Shown here piece by piece: positions 63,820 through 64,000 of a stretch of DNA of 64,000 bases. Position numbers and translations under genes: made by a program. Source of the DNA: Octopus sinensis (lineage: Eukaryota); NCBI RefSeq assembly GCF_006345805.1, contig NC_043000.1, positions 45,756,001 through 45,820,000 on the forward strand. The letters are read 5' to 3'. The notes under the pieces were generated by a model, which searched no databases, was not told where the DNA came from, and was given only the letters and a program-made list of their open reading frames with translations. Position 1 is the stretch's first letter, and each line of letters opens with the position of its first letter.

Positions 63820-64000
63820 AGATACTTTCATAACCAGACATGTAGACACTAGACCTTCAAAGTTTCATGCACCTGTAACATTCCTCAAGGGGAATACACC
63901 CATGCTAAAAATGGTATTTTTCTTTTATTGAATAACTGAAACATTGTCAATATAGAAGCTAATTCAGGTATACCACATGTTAAGAAAACGTTTCACTTTT

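Noticed and set aside
63868-63905. Candidate first CBR exon (MGVFPLRNVT G|gtgcat on minus)
   Set aside because: Phase fits, but the peptide lacks the V-A-V-V strand of SDRs and the donor is weak. The true first exon was not located.

Overview
AT-rich, repeat-dense animal genomic DNA, most likely from an octopod cephalopod. This is inferred from the SINE/LINE families and the microsatellite load; no database search was run. About half the window is mobile-element debris: three tRNA-headed SINE families, LINE fragments (RTE, R4/Dong, CRE, CR1-like), Penelope-like remnants with hammerhead-like motifs, three Tc1/mariner elements (one DD41D nested in a mariner), non-autonomous Helitrons and MITEs. 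The only recognisable host gene is a carbonyl reductase (CBR1-like SDR) on the minus strand. Three of its exons are visible; one carries a +1 frameshift and the middle exons are missing, so it looks like an unprocessed pseudogene. The most unusual items are: (1) an open CCHC zinc-knuckle ORF1-like element with no ORF2 that ends in the same ~37-nt 3' tail as one SINE family, suggesting a shared-tail LINE / ORF1-only element / SINE system; (2) an 84-85 bp minisatellite with 7-unit higher-order structure and an ATTTGCAT octamer in 14 of 15 units; (3) two long near-perfect hairpins. Most ORFs in the supplied track are microsatellite artefacts or antisense shadows. All family assignments come from motif recognition and need confirmation by search.
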